In this document: piece by piece, positions 47,687 to 55,245 of the stretch
Layout: each line of letters opens with the position of its first letter
How positions within the stretch are numbered: position 1 is the stretch's first letter
DNA from: a virus
IMG/VR virus record: IMGVR_UViG_3300031669_000002
Coordinates: 113,975 to 177,974 of that record
DNA: 64,000 bases
Direction: 5' to 3' (one strand)
Translations under genes and position numbers: made by a program
The notes under the pieces: model-generated
Database searches by the model: none
Seen by the model: only the letters and a program-made list of their open reading frames with translations
What the model was told of the DNA's origin: nothing

Positions 47687-48256
47687 ATGAACTATCTTTT
47701 ATACAAAATTACAAATACTCTAAACGGCTATATCTATATAGGTGTTCATGCGACCGATAATATCAATGATAGATATATGGGATCAGGTAAGAAACTACTC
47801 AATGCCATAAAGAAACACGGCATCGAGAATTTTCAAAAAGAGATATTAGAATATCTTGATTCAATTGAACAAATGTATTATAGAGAAAATGAAATTGTTA
47901 CTCCTGAATTTGTTGCGCGACACGATACATATAACTTAATGGAAGGTGGTTGGGGCGGCAAAATTACAGAAGAATCAAATCAGAAGAAAAAGAAAACTAT
48001 GGCCGAGAGAAAAGTAAGTCAGGGTAAAAAGAATTCGCAGTATGGATCTATGTGGATTACAAATGGGATAGAGAACAAAAAGATTAAGAAGACCGATTCA
48101 CTTCCGAGAGGATTTAGAAAAGGACGTATGGTTCCAGATGACTGGGGCGATAATATCAGACAAAAACTTAAAGGCAGGACATTAGAAGATATTTTGGGTC
48201 CTGAAAAAGCAGCGATTGGTAAGCTCAACAGAAGTAAACCAAGAGTAAAGATTTAA
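47687..48256 (+). mobile_element. GIY-YIG (Seg-like) homing endonuclease
   Basis: LLYKITN.LNGYIYIGVH, YMGSG, YNLMEGG. Confidence 0.85.
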
Positions 48257-48767
48257 CATCCGGCCTGTCGCGCATAGGTAGTTAGACTATGTGAGGTAAG
48301 CTCGGGACTGCCGTGAGAAGCGTGTAGGAGATAAGTTATAACTAAGTTGGTACACCCGCTTTCTGAGATCGAGAGACCCTAACCGACGAGGAAAGATGGA
48401 TAAGCTGATCGTAGGGCTCAGTGATGCATCAATGCCAACTTAGTTATAACTTATCGTTAAACTACCGTGATAAAGGCAGCAAGCCAAACAGTTCGTGGGA
48501 ACTTCTCACTTGTACGGACGGGTTGGTGCATCGATGATCCAGATTGAAACCTGGGGAGAACAGTAATTATTTGATGGGGCATGGTGTAGGTCGGCTTCAA
48601 AGTTTACCAGAACGTTGTAAACAGCCAGCAGAGATTTATCATCAAGCTAGACTCGCAAGAGTGACAAACGGTGCCTGAAGACGGGTTCAACTCCCGAATG
48701 CTCCACCAAATAATTACTGTAGTCGAATGATAGGATTAGAACAGAATCCCGGCTATGAGATGTTAAA
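48252..48767 (+). ncRNA. rnpB: RNase P RNA (bacterial type-A-like catalytic domain) with a nested tRNA-like insert
   Basis: P1 TTTAACATC/GATGTTAAA; P2 CCTGTC/GATAGG; P3 GCATAG/CTATGT; CR-I GAGGTAAGCTCGGGA; P4 8 bp with bulged U pairing 48747-48754; P5 CTGCC/GGCAG; P6 GTGAGAAG/CTTCTCAC; CAGCAAGCCAAACAG; CR-V ACAGAATCCCGGCTA. Confidence 0.85.
48576..48708 (+). ncRNA. 133-nt tmRNA-like (alanyl TLD) RNA inside the RNase P RNA
   Basis: GGGGCAT/ATGCTCC-A-CCA with G3.U70, P2a CTTCA/TGAAG, 3' GACGGGTTCAACTCCCG as in ssrA 3' ends. Confidence 0.8.
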
Positions 48768-48775
48768 AAGAATTT

Positions 48776-48851
48776 GGGTTTATCGTATAACGGTTTATTA
48801 CCTGCGGCTCTTACCCGCATGATCAGAGTTCGACTCTCTGTGAACCCACCA
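48776..48851 (+). tRNA. tRNA-Lys(CUU)
   Basis: Loop CT-CTT-AC, CCA. Confidence 0.85.
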
Positions 48852-48930
48852 AGTTTGTGTGATGTGATTAGCTGAGGGAGGAAGACCGATGCCCTTTATA
48901 GCGTGGTCCAGACATTGCACAATTAAATAT

Positions 48931-49014
48931 GCCCAAGTGGTGGAATGGAATACACTCTGGTTTTAGAAGCCAGCGCCGAGAGGATTGTGAGTTCGAGTCT
49001 CACCTTGGGCACCA
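48931..49014 (+). tRNA. tRNA-Leu(UAG), normal V arm
   Basis: Loop TT-TAG-AA, A73, CCA. Confidence 0.9.
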
Positions 49015-49263
49015 AATTTATCTAACTGAATAGTACAAAAACTACAGAGAACACGTAGATATTGCTCACAGCTCGTGAGAGGGCTATCACTAGATATAAA
49101 TCTTGTAAGTGGAGGAATCGGAATACTCAGCAGACTAACCTGGACTCTTAAACCGGGCGCATGGAGTAATTCATGTTCAAACTGCCGAAACAATATATTT
49201 GCCATTGAGTTGAATAGATATATTACTGTGGGTTCGAAGCCCACCTTGCAAACCAAACACAAC

Positions 49264-49338
49264 AGAGATATCGTATAGTGGCTATTACGTGGCTCTCATA
49301 AGGCTAAAAGCTGAGTTCAATTCTCAGTATCTCTACCA
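49264..49338 (+). tRNA. tRNA(CAU), Met or Ile2
   Basis: Loop CT-CAT-AA, CCA. Confidence 0.8.
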
Positions 49339-49444
49339 AACAAAAAACTGCTAGGTGCAGGGAAATATGGGAATGGGGTTCGACTCCCCTATGGCGGCGG
49401 ATCGTTACCGAGCTAGAAGGTCCAAATGTTTCCAACAAATTTAT

Positions 49445-49528
49445 GCCCTCATGACTAAGGTAAATTGGTAAAGCCACTGAATTTAAAATTCAGCGTTTGT
49501 GTCGGTTCGACTCCGACTGAGGGTACCA
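49445..49528 (+). tRNA. tRNA-Leu(UAA), enlarged D loop and short V region
   Basis: Loop TT-TAA-AA, A73, CCA. Confidence 0.75.
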
Positions 49529-49536
49529 AAATTCAT

Positions 49537-49610
49537 GCCTCTGTAATTCAATGATAGAATATTCGACTGATAATCGAAATACCCAAGTTTGATTCTTGGC
49601 AGAGGCACCA
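49537..49610 (+). tRNA. tRNA-Ile(GAU)
   Basis: Loop CT-GAT-AA, CCA. Confidence 0.85.
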
Positions 49611-49808
49611 GTTGAAATGTGTTTGCTCGTGGAGAGCAAAAGCGGTTGCAAACGGTCACGCCCACTCGTGATTAAATGTTTGCTCGGCAAATACATTCAT
49701 TAGATTCAGGCTCGAAGCTTAAATCCGGTATAAGCATACGACTTAGTTTTAAGAACAGAAATTATTAAAGTCGAGTGCTTTAGCATAAATAATAATATAG
49801 GAGAACTT

Positions 49809-50369
49809 ATGTCGTTATGTATGTACTGCCACGCAGAAAGAAAAGAAACAGGACTTAAAAACCACGAAATTAGATGTAAAGACAACCCTAATAGAAAAAT
49901 TGAAGGCAAGTCCGAACAAGGACTACAAAAAATAAAAGAGTCAGCAAAAAAGCAGAATGCTACTCAATGGACGCCCGAAAAAAGAAAACTACATTCTATA
50001 GCAATGAAAGTTGCAGTTGAAAAGAATCCTGATTCATATACTTCCCGTAATGTATGTGGAAGAGTTAAAATTTATGAGTATAAGGAAGAAAGGTTCCACG
50101 GAAACTGGGAAGTTGAAGTGGCTAAGTGGCTAGATAGACAGAATATTAGATGGGAAAGAAAAGTTAAACCATTTACATATTTTTGGAAGGATAACTGGCA
50201 CTTATATTTTCCAGATTTTTATTTACCCGACTTTAATAAATTTATTGAAGTAAAGGGGTTTGAAACAGAAAGAGATAGATGTAAATGGTCGGTCGTGGAC
50301 AATTTATATCTTATTAAGAAAAAAGAAATAGATCTAATTAAATCAGATAATTTTACATTGGGTCTTTAG
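49809..50369 (+). mobile_element. Homing endonuclease (C2H2 finger + PD-(D/E)XK)
   Basis: CMYC...LKNHEIRC, HGNWE, YFPDFYL...IEVKG. Confidence 0.8.
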
Positions 50370-50434
50370 CTCAGTGGTAGAGCAGCGAACTCATAATTCG
50401 TTGGTCGCTGGATCGTTCCCAGCAAGACCCACCA
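50360..50434 (+). tRNA. tRNA-Ile2(CAU)-like
   Basis: Body resembles ileX-type tRNAs, loop CT-CAT-AA, CCA. Overlaps the HEG stop. Confidence 0.8.
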
Positions 50435-50576
50435 AATTAGATACGACCTATTGCACTCAGGTATGTGACTTGAGTATGCGATAGACAATTAATAGAAGAT
50501 GAAACAGTGACTAGATTAGGAATCTAGTTTTAGTTCTTTAAGTAGAACAACTTCTAATCTAACAGTAACAAACAAC

Positions 50577-50651
50577 GCCCTCTTCGTTCAATGGATAGGA
50601 CATAACGCTACGAACGTTAAGACAGTGGTTCGACTCCACTAGAGGGTACCA
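50577..50651 (+). tRNA. tRNA-Arg(ACG)
   Basis: Loop CT-ACG-AA, CCA. Confidence 0.9.
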
Positions 50652-50681
50652 AATTTATGTAAGACCGAAGTGTACTTCGGT

Positions 50682-50755
50682 GTGACGGTATTGTAGTGGT
50701 AGCAACTTTCCCTGTGAAGGAAATAGTGCGGGTTCGATTCCCGTCCGTCACCCCA
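50682..50755 (+). tRNA. tRNA-His(GUG)
   Basis: Loop CT-GTG-AA, C73, CCA, T at position -1. Confidence 0.85.
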
Positions 50756-50778
50756 AAGTACATTTTAAAAAGAACAGA

Positions 50779-50850
50779 TGCCTGGTGTATCGGATACGCA
50801 CTTGATTTTGAGTCAGGTTGCAGAGGGTTCGACTCCTTCCTGGGCCGCCA
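50779..50850 (+). tRNA. tRNA-Gln(UUG), reduced D arm
   Basis: Loop TT-TTG-AG, G73, CCA. Confidence 0.6.
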
Positions 50851-50854
50851 ATAA

Positions 50855-50892
50855 GGAGTTAGTATTGAGCTAACGCTACTCTAACTCCACCA
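50855..50892 (+). ncRNA. 38-nt microhelix ending ACCA
   Basis: GGAGTTAG/CTAACTCC 8-bp stem followed by A-CCA. Confidence 0.45.
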
Positions 50893-50898
50893 ATTTAT

Positions 50899-50972
50899 AG
50901 CTTCCTCGTCTAATGGTAAGATATGTGATTCTGAGTCATGTGATGTTGGTTCGATTCCAACGGGAGCCGCCA
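50899..50972 (+). tRNA. tRNA-Gln(CUG)
   Basis: Loop TT-CTG-AG, G73, CCA. Confidence 0.85.
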
Positions 50973-50978
50973 AACAAT

Positions 50979-51048
50979 GAGTACAGCCAGCAGTGGCGCC
51001 GTATCCGGCATACGGAAGTGCAGGTTAAAATCCTGTGGGTGCTCGCCA
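50979..51048 (+). tRNA. Atypical tRNA (CGG loop, Pro?)
   Basis: Cloverleaf with TC-CGG-CA loop, but G1-C72/G73 instead of Pro identity elements. T loop TTAAAAT, CCA. Confidence 0.45.
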
Positions 51049-51049
51049 T

Positions 51050-51126
51050 ACCATCATCGACTAACTGGTTTAGGTCGCTTGCCCCTCAAGCAGGAAATAC
51101 GAGTTCGAATCTCGTTGGTGGTTCCA
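51050..51126 (+). tRNA. tRNA-Glu(CUC)
   Basis: Loop CC-CTC-AA, CCA. Confidence 0.75.
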
Positions 51127-51144
51127 AATAGAGGTAAATACAGT

Positions 51145-51477
51145 ATGTCAAATGATATAACGATTACTGAAGCCGCAGCAACAAGAATAAAGGCATTACT
51201 CGTCAATGAGAATGAACCCAACCTTAACTTGCGTTTGTTTATTCAAGGTGGTGGATGTTCGGGATTTTCGTATGGATTTACGTTTGACGAAAAAATAAAC
51301 GAAGATGATTTTGTGATAACAAAAGATGATGTTAAGTTATTGGTCGATGCTGCAAGCTCCCAATATTTAACTGGCGCAGAACTTGATTATCAAGAAAGTT
51401 TAGCAGGCTCTCAGTTTGTTATTAAAAATCCGAACAAAACATCATCTTGTGGTTGTGGAAAATCCTTTAGTATTTAA
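51145..51477 (+). CDS. erpA: A-type Fe-S carrier ErpA/IscA (HesB family)
   Basis: [46 protein letters not shown]. Start ATG 51145. Confidence 0.9.
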   Translation: MSNDITITEAAATRIKALLVNENEPNLNLRLFIQGGGCSGFSYGFTFDEKINEDDFVITKDDVKLLVDAASSQYLTGAELDYQESLAGSQFVIKNPNKTSSCGCGKSFSI

Positions 51478-51486
51478 CAAGATAAA

Positions 51487-51561
51487 TGGAGATTAGCTCA
51501 GAGGCAGAGCACAGCTCTTACAAAGCTGGGGTCAAGATTTCGAAATTCTTATCTCCAACCA
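51487..51561 (+). tRNA. tRNA-Val(UAC)
   Basis: Loop CT-TAC-AA, CCA. Confidence 0.8.
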
Positions 51562-51563
51562 AT

Positions 51564-51637
51564 GCGTGGTTAGTTTAATGGTAAAATATATCGTTGCCAA
51601 CGATTTGTTAGGAGTTCGATTCTCCTACCCCGCACCA
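51564..51637 (+). tRNA. tRNA-Gly(GCC)
   Basis: Loop TT-GCC-AA, CCA. Confidence 0.8.
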
Positions 51638-51640
51638 GAA

Positions 51641-51714
51641 TTACCGTGAGCCAGTCGGATGGGCAGCAGTCTGCAAAACTGATTAAATGGGTTCAACTCC
51701 CATACGGTAATCCA
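51641..51714 (+). tRNA. tRNA-Cys(GCA)
   Basis: Loop CT-GCA-AA, U73, CCA. Confidence 0.75.
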
Positions 51715-51720
51715 AAATAT

Positions 51721-51790
51721 ATCCCGGCCAGTGGATGGCACAGAATTTCCTAAATTTTGGACGACGGTTCGAATCCGTCCCGGGGTACCA
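51721..51790 (+). tRNA. tRNA-Arg(CCU), compact D arm (70 nt)
   Basis: Loop TT-CCT-AA, CCA. Confidence 0.65.
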
Positions 51791-51877
51791 ATTGTTGGTG
51801 AACTCGTAAAGCCTCCACTCAAGGTCACGGATATCGATGTGATACAAGCGATAAGGAAGGTCACTAACATCATATAC

Positions 51878-51953
51878 GCTCTTATAGTTCAGTTGGTAGA
51901 ATACTTCTTTGGTAAAGAAGAGGTCACTGGTTCGATCCCAGTTAAGAGCACCA
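51878..51953 (+). tRNA. tRNA-Thr(GGU)
   Basis: Loop TT-GGT-AA, CCA. Confidence 0.9.
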
Positions 51954-52006
51954 TAAATCGTAGCATTAAAATCATTAGATAAATACTTTAAAGAGAGGAG
52001 CAGCAA

Positions 52007-52564
52007 ATGCAAATACTTACACTTGATTCAGGCGGACTTCCACACCACTGGACAACCTGGGAAGACGCGATAACTCTGAAAGTTAAGGGTTGCATAGCCT
52101 GGGAGTATGGTCAGGAAGATGCAGAAACATTCCATGGAGGAACCTCTCGCGTATCAGGACTTCGCACAGTGGTTGACGTAGCACCAATCATCGCTGTTAA
52201 AGGAAAGTTCAAATACGATCGACGTACACCAGCATTAACCAACCAGAACTTATTTCGTCGAGACAAGATGACTTGTGCTTACTGCGGTCATGTTCATGCA
52301 GATAACAAGCTGAACCGTGATCACATACACCCAACATCCAAAGGTGGTCCAGATACTTGGATGAACGTTGTTACATCGTGTCTTAGGTGTAACTGGCTGA
52401 AGGCAGACAAGACATTAGAACAAGCAGGTATGGAATTGCTTTACGCTCCATACGTTCCATCGCACGAAGAAAAGTTGATTTTGCAGAATCGCAAGATTCT
52501 TACATGTCAGATGGACTTCTTAGTAGCGATGTTGCCAAAGCATAGTCGTGTATTAACATCTTAA
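52007..52564 (+). CDS. HNH endonuclease (McrA-like)
   Basis: LFRRDKMTCAYCG, NRDHIHPTSKGGPDTWMNVVTSCLRCN..K. Confidence 0.85.
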   Translation: MQILTLDSGGLPHHWTTWEDAITLKVKGCIAWEYGQEDAETFHGGTSRVSGLRTVVDVAPIIAVKGKFKYDRRTPALTNQNLFRRDKMTCAYCGHVHADNKLNRDHIHPTSKGGPDTWMNVVTSCLRCNWLKADKTLEQAGMELLYAPYVPSHEEKLILQNRKILTCQMDFLVAMLPKHSRVLTS

Positions 52565-52590
52565 ATACGGGCTTCGGCCCGTATTTTTTT
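52563..52590 (+). terminator. Intrinsic terminator closing the RNA island
   Basis: AAATACGGGC-TTCG-GCCCGTATTT plus T tract. Confidence 0.85.
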
Positions 52591-52670
52591 GACTAAACTA
52601 ACCGATTGTCTTGCTCTTTCCTCTAATAGACAGTATAATAGACACACTAACTAAAACTATTGGAGTAAAG

Positions 52671-52979
52671 ATGCGTAAGAACAACAAGATTGAAAAGCCT
52701 GCAAAAGTGGGATTACCATACAAGCGTTCGATCGATACGAGGACAGCTATCGCAGAAAATATCGAGAAAGCAGCAGCTCAATTTAAAAGCACGGCTCCAG
52801 TAAATACTAATAAATACAGTATGATCCTGGTGGCAGCGGCAAGAAGTCGTGATTTATTCCATGGCGCAGAACCAATGATAGAAACGAATAGTCGACAAAC
52901 GGTCACTGCCTTGCTTGAAATAGAGGCAGGAAAAGTGCAATGGGACTACACTAGCATACAGGCAACAAAGAAGAAGTAG
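52671..52979 (+). CDS. Hypothetical protein
   Basis: RBS GGAG before ATG 52671. Confidence 0.65.
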   Translation: MRKNNKIEKPAKVGLPYKRSIDTRTAIAENIEKAAAQFKSTAPVNTNKYSMILVAAARSRDLFHGAEPMIETNSRQTVTALLEIEAGKVQWDYTSIQATKKK

Positions 52980-53079
52980 CACAGAATTCCACTAACCGTG
53001 GAAGACGGTTGACTAGGTTGTCAACCGTAACAATTTTTAACAATAGAGTTAAGAATTTTTTATAAAAGGAAGTAAAGTA

Positions 53080-53289
53080 ATGGCAACAGTAACAGGAACC
53101 GTAAAGTGGTTCAACGATTCAAAAGGTTTTGGATTTATTACCCCTGACACAGGAAGTGAAGATTTATTCGCACACTTCTCGGCAATCAACATGAGCGGCT
53201 TCAAGTCTCTCAAAGAAGGTCAGAAGGTAAGTTTTGAAGTGACACAAGGCCCAAAAGGCAAGCAAGCTTCAAATATCCAATCAGCCTAA
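53080..53289 (+). CDS. cspA: Cold-shock protein
   Basis: [15 protein letters not shown] (RNP1), DLFAHFSAI (RNP2), [10 protein letters not shown]. Confidence 0.95.
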   Translation: MATVTGTVKWFNDSKGFGFITPDTGSEDLFAHFSAINMSGFKSLKEGQKVSFEVTQGPKGKQASNIQSA

Positions 53290-53305
53290 GCAGTCCAAGC
53301 AAACT

Positions 53306-53336
53306 AAAAACGCCACATTACGTGGCGTTTTTTATT
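53306..53336. terminator. Bidirectional intrinsic terminator
   Basis: AAAAACGCCAC-ATTAC-GTGGCGTTTTT between convergent genes. Confidence 0.8.
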
Positions 53337-53353
53337 GACTATAATATCAGATA

Positions 53354-53548
53354 TTAAGCGTAAGTATCGTCGTGATCTTTAGGCTTACCAACTTCTATTA
53401 ACTTTCCCTCTTCGTCATAGATTTTGACATCGTGACAAATAAGATTCTCAATAAAAGCCAGGGCGTGTTCAAGAGACTCAAGAAAATGCTCTGCGAATCT
53501 CAGTCTACCCTCTACCCAATTATATACAACTACTCTATGTTTTTTCAT
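53354..53548 (-). CDS. Small hypothetical protein
   Basis: RBS AGGAG, 64 aa, co-oriented with the glycosyltransferase. Confidence 0.65.
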   Translation of the reverse strand: MKKHRVVVYNWVEGRLRFAEHFLESLEHALAFIENLICHDVKIYDEEGKLIEVGKPKDHDDTYA

Positions 53549-53565
53549 ATAAAATCTCCTATCTT

Positions 53566-54639
53566 TTATTTATCAAAATATGAGACCCAGATATGTTTAG
53601 TTAGCTCAGAATACTCAGTTAGCGCCTTCTGATTCTTTGATACATTCCTCTTAGGATCAATGCACGTTTCTATTAGTGCCTTACATATTTCGTCGCTGCT
53701 AGTAGGATCTGCCCTGAACTTCTTATTAATCCATGGTATCTCATCGCTACAGATAAGAGGAACACCTTGACTGATAAAGTCAGCACCAACGATATTGAAT
53801 GTCTCAGAGAACGATACCTGCATCCCAATGTCCATCGTTGCACACAATTTCAAGAATTCTTCCCGAGGAGTCCAAGTATGAAAGATTAATTCGTGTCCCT
53901 GTTCTGCTAAATGCTGAAACATACATCTAAGATTTCTAACAATTGAATCACCTTTTAGCTCAACTCGCGCGTTGATGTGAAATTTAAGTTTCTTGTCAAG
54001 AGCTTTGGCAAACTGCAATGCTGCCATTGCTTGCACCATATGATTCTTGAGTGGTCTAACTGCGCCAAAACATCCTACGTCAACGTGGTCTTTTTCAAGA
54101 TGAAAATGCTTTGTTTCATATGTTGTTGGATAATAGTTAGGTAGATATATAATGCGATTATGCAGTGTTTTATCCTCTGGTAAGATCGCAGTTAGGTATG
54201 TTCTAACTTCTGTTAGCATTCTTGGAGAATTTGCTGCTATCAAAATGTTTGGATGACGAATATAGTCACCCATCCAATCCCACGAATTTCCTTCCTGTGC
54301 AAGAAACGGTGTCTCTGAATGTAGTCTGACGATCCATTGTACATCAGGATGTAATTTTCCAAGAACTGTAAACTTTTGAGGAACCACCCAGAGTGCTTCG
54401 ATGATTACGTGAGTAGGCCTAAATGCAGTAACGGCTCTATCAATATCGTTATTATCTCTAGCAATAAAGAGCTGTGACTCAACGCCACTATCATTTAGCA
54501 TATCTTTTACGAAGGTCGCTGAGTTAAATAACCCAGTTTGCATACCTTCTTTAGTGTGTTTTGCCGGATCGAAATCCTCTCGACGTTTTAGAACAAATAG
54601 AATTCTGGCTGTTGACATAAATTTCCCATAGTATGACAA
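53566..54639 (-). CDS. Glycosyltransferase (GT-B, group-1-like)
   Basis: VGCFGAVRPLKN and QVSFSETFNIVGADFISQGVP. Confidence 0.75.
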   Translation of the reverse strand: MSYYGKFMSTARILFVLKRREDFDPAKHTKEGMQTGLFNSATFVKDMLNDSGVESQLFIARDNNDIDRAVTAFRPTHVIIEALWVVPQKFTVLGKLHPDVQWIVRLHSETPFLAQEGNSWDWMGDYIRHPNILIAANSPRMLTEVRTYLTAILPEDKTLHNRIIYLPNYYPTTYETKHFHLEKDHVDVGCFGAVRPLKNHMVQAMAALQFAKALDKKLKFHINARVELKGDSIVRNLRCMFQHLAEQGHELIFHTWTPREEFLKLCATMDIGMQVSFSETFNIVGADFISQGVPLICSDEIPWINKKFRADPTSSDEICKALIETCIDPKRNVSKNQKALTEYSELTKHIWVSYFDK

Positions 54640-54755
54640 TATTTATGTCATTGATTCGACATGGACAATAGTATCTAACCGAAATACTTGCGTTTATTGA
54701 TTAAAGCTGTATAATGGATGCTGTAACACTTTTATTAACTTTCCACGAGGATATC

Positions 54756-55235
54756 ATGATTGAATTTATTATAGGGTATGCGGTAAGCTTGCCGTTTTTG
54801 GTTATTTTGCTTTTTGCGGGTATTTTGTTTGAACACAACGAATCGCGCGGGCTGGCAATCGTTTCCGGTATTATTGCAACGGTGGTCGCATATTTCTACT
54901 TCAAGTTTCCGATTGTTTATGCATTATACGGCGCCGGTGTTTATGCAGTAGTTGGTGTGGTGTGGAGTTTTTACCGATACAAACGCTATGTCGTTAAACA
55001 GGTAGAAAAAACTCGTAACCCAGGAATGACAGCTAGTCAAAAGCAGACGTTGATTGAAAGAATGCATCCAACAGCGATGCTTGGCACGATCACAGCGTGG
55101 ATTTTGATCTGGCCGTTTAGCGTCCTTGACAATTTGATCGGCGACATCATCAACAGCGTCGAACACTTAGTCAAAACAGTATTCCGCGGCGTGTATCACA
55201 AGATTTATACGTCGGCAGTTTCACAAATTAAGTAA
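54756..55235 (+). CDS. Multi-pass membrane protein
   Basis: Several hydrophobic helices, RBS GAGG before ATG 54756. Confidence 0.7.
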   Translation: MIEFIIGYAVSLPFLVILLFAGILFEHNESRGLAIVSGIIATVVAYFYFKFPIVYALYGAGVYAVVGVVWSFYRYKRYVVKQVEKTRNPGMTASQKQTLIERMHPTAMLGTITAWILIWPFSVLDNLIGDIINSVEHLVKTVFRGVYHKIYTSAVSQIK

Positions 55236-55245
55236 TACCAGGATT

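Noticed and set aside
48591-48597. TCGGCTT as the RNase P P4 3' strand
   Set aside because: A better 8-bp partner with the full CR-V motif lies at 48741-48755, which is what reveals the nested insert.
49622-49671. Kissing-loop RNA (GTGG/CCAC loops)
   Set aside because: Only 4 bp of loop complementarity, and an alternative fold with the repeated TGTTTGC competes. Not supportable without covariation.
33328-51953. CRISPR array or integrative-element att sites among repeated short motifs
   Set aside because: The repeats are tRNA T arms and CCA ends with no constant repeat-spacer period, and no cas or integrase gene is present.
33324-51982. Numerous 60-125 aa ORFs overlapping tRNA genes (e.g. 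39890, 41173, 48963, 51683)
   Set aside because: They are antisense or overlapping readings of tRNA sequence with no RBS or protein motifs.
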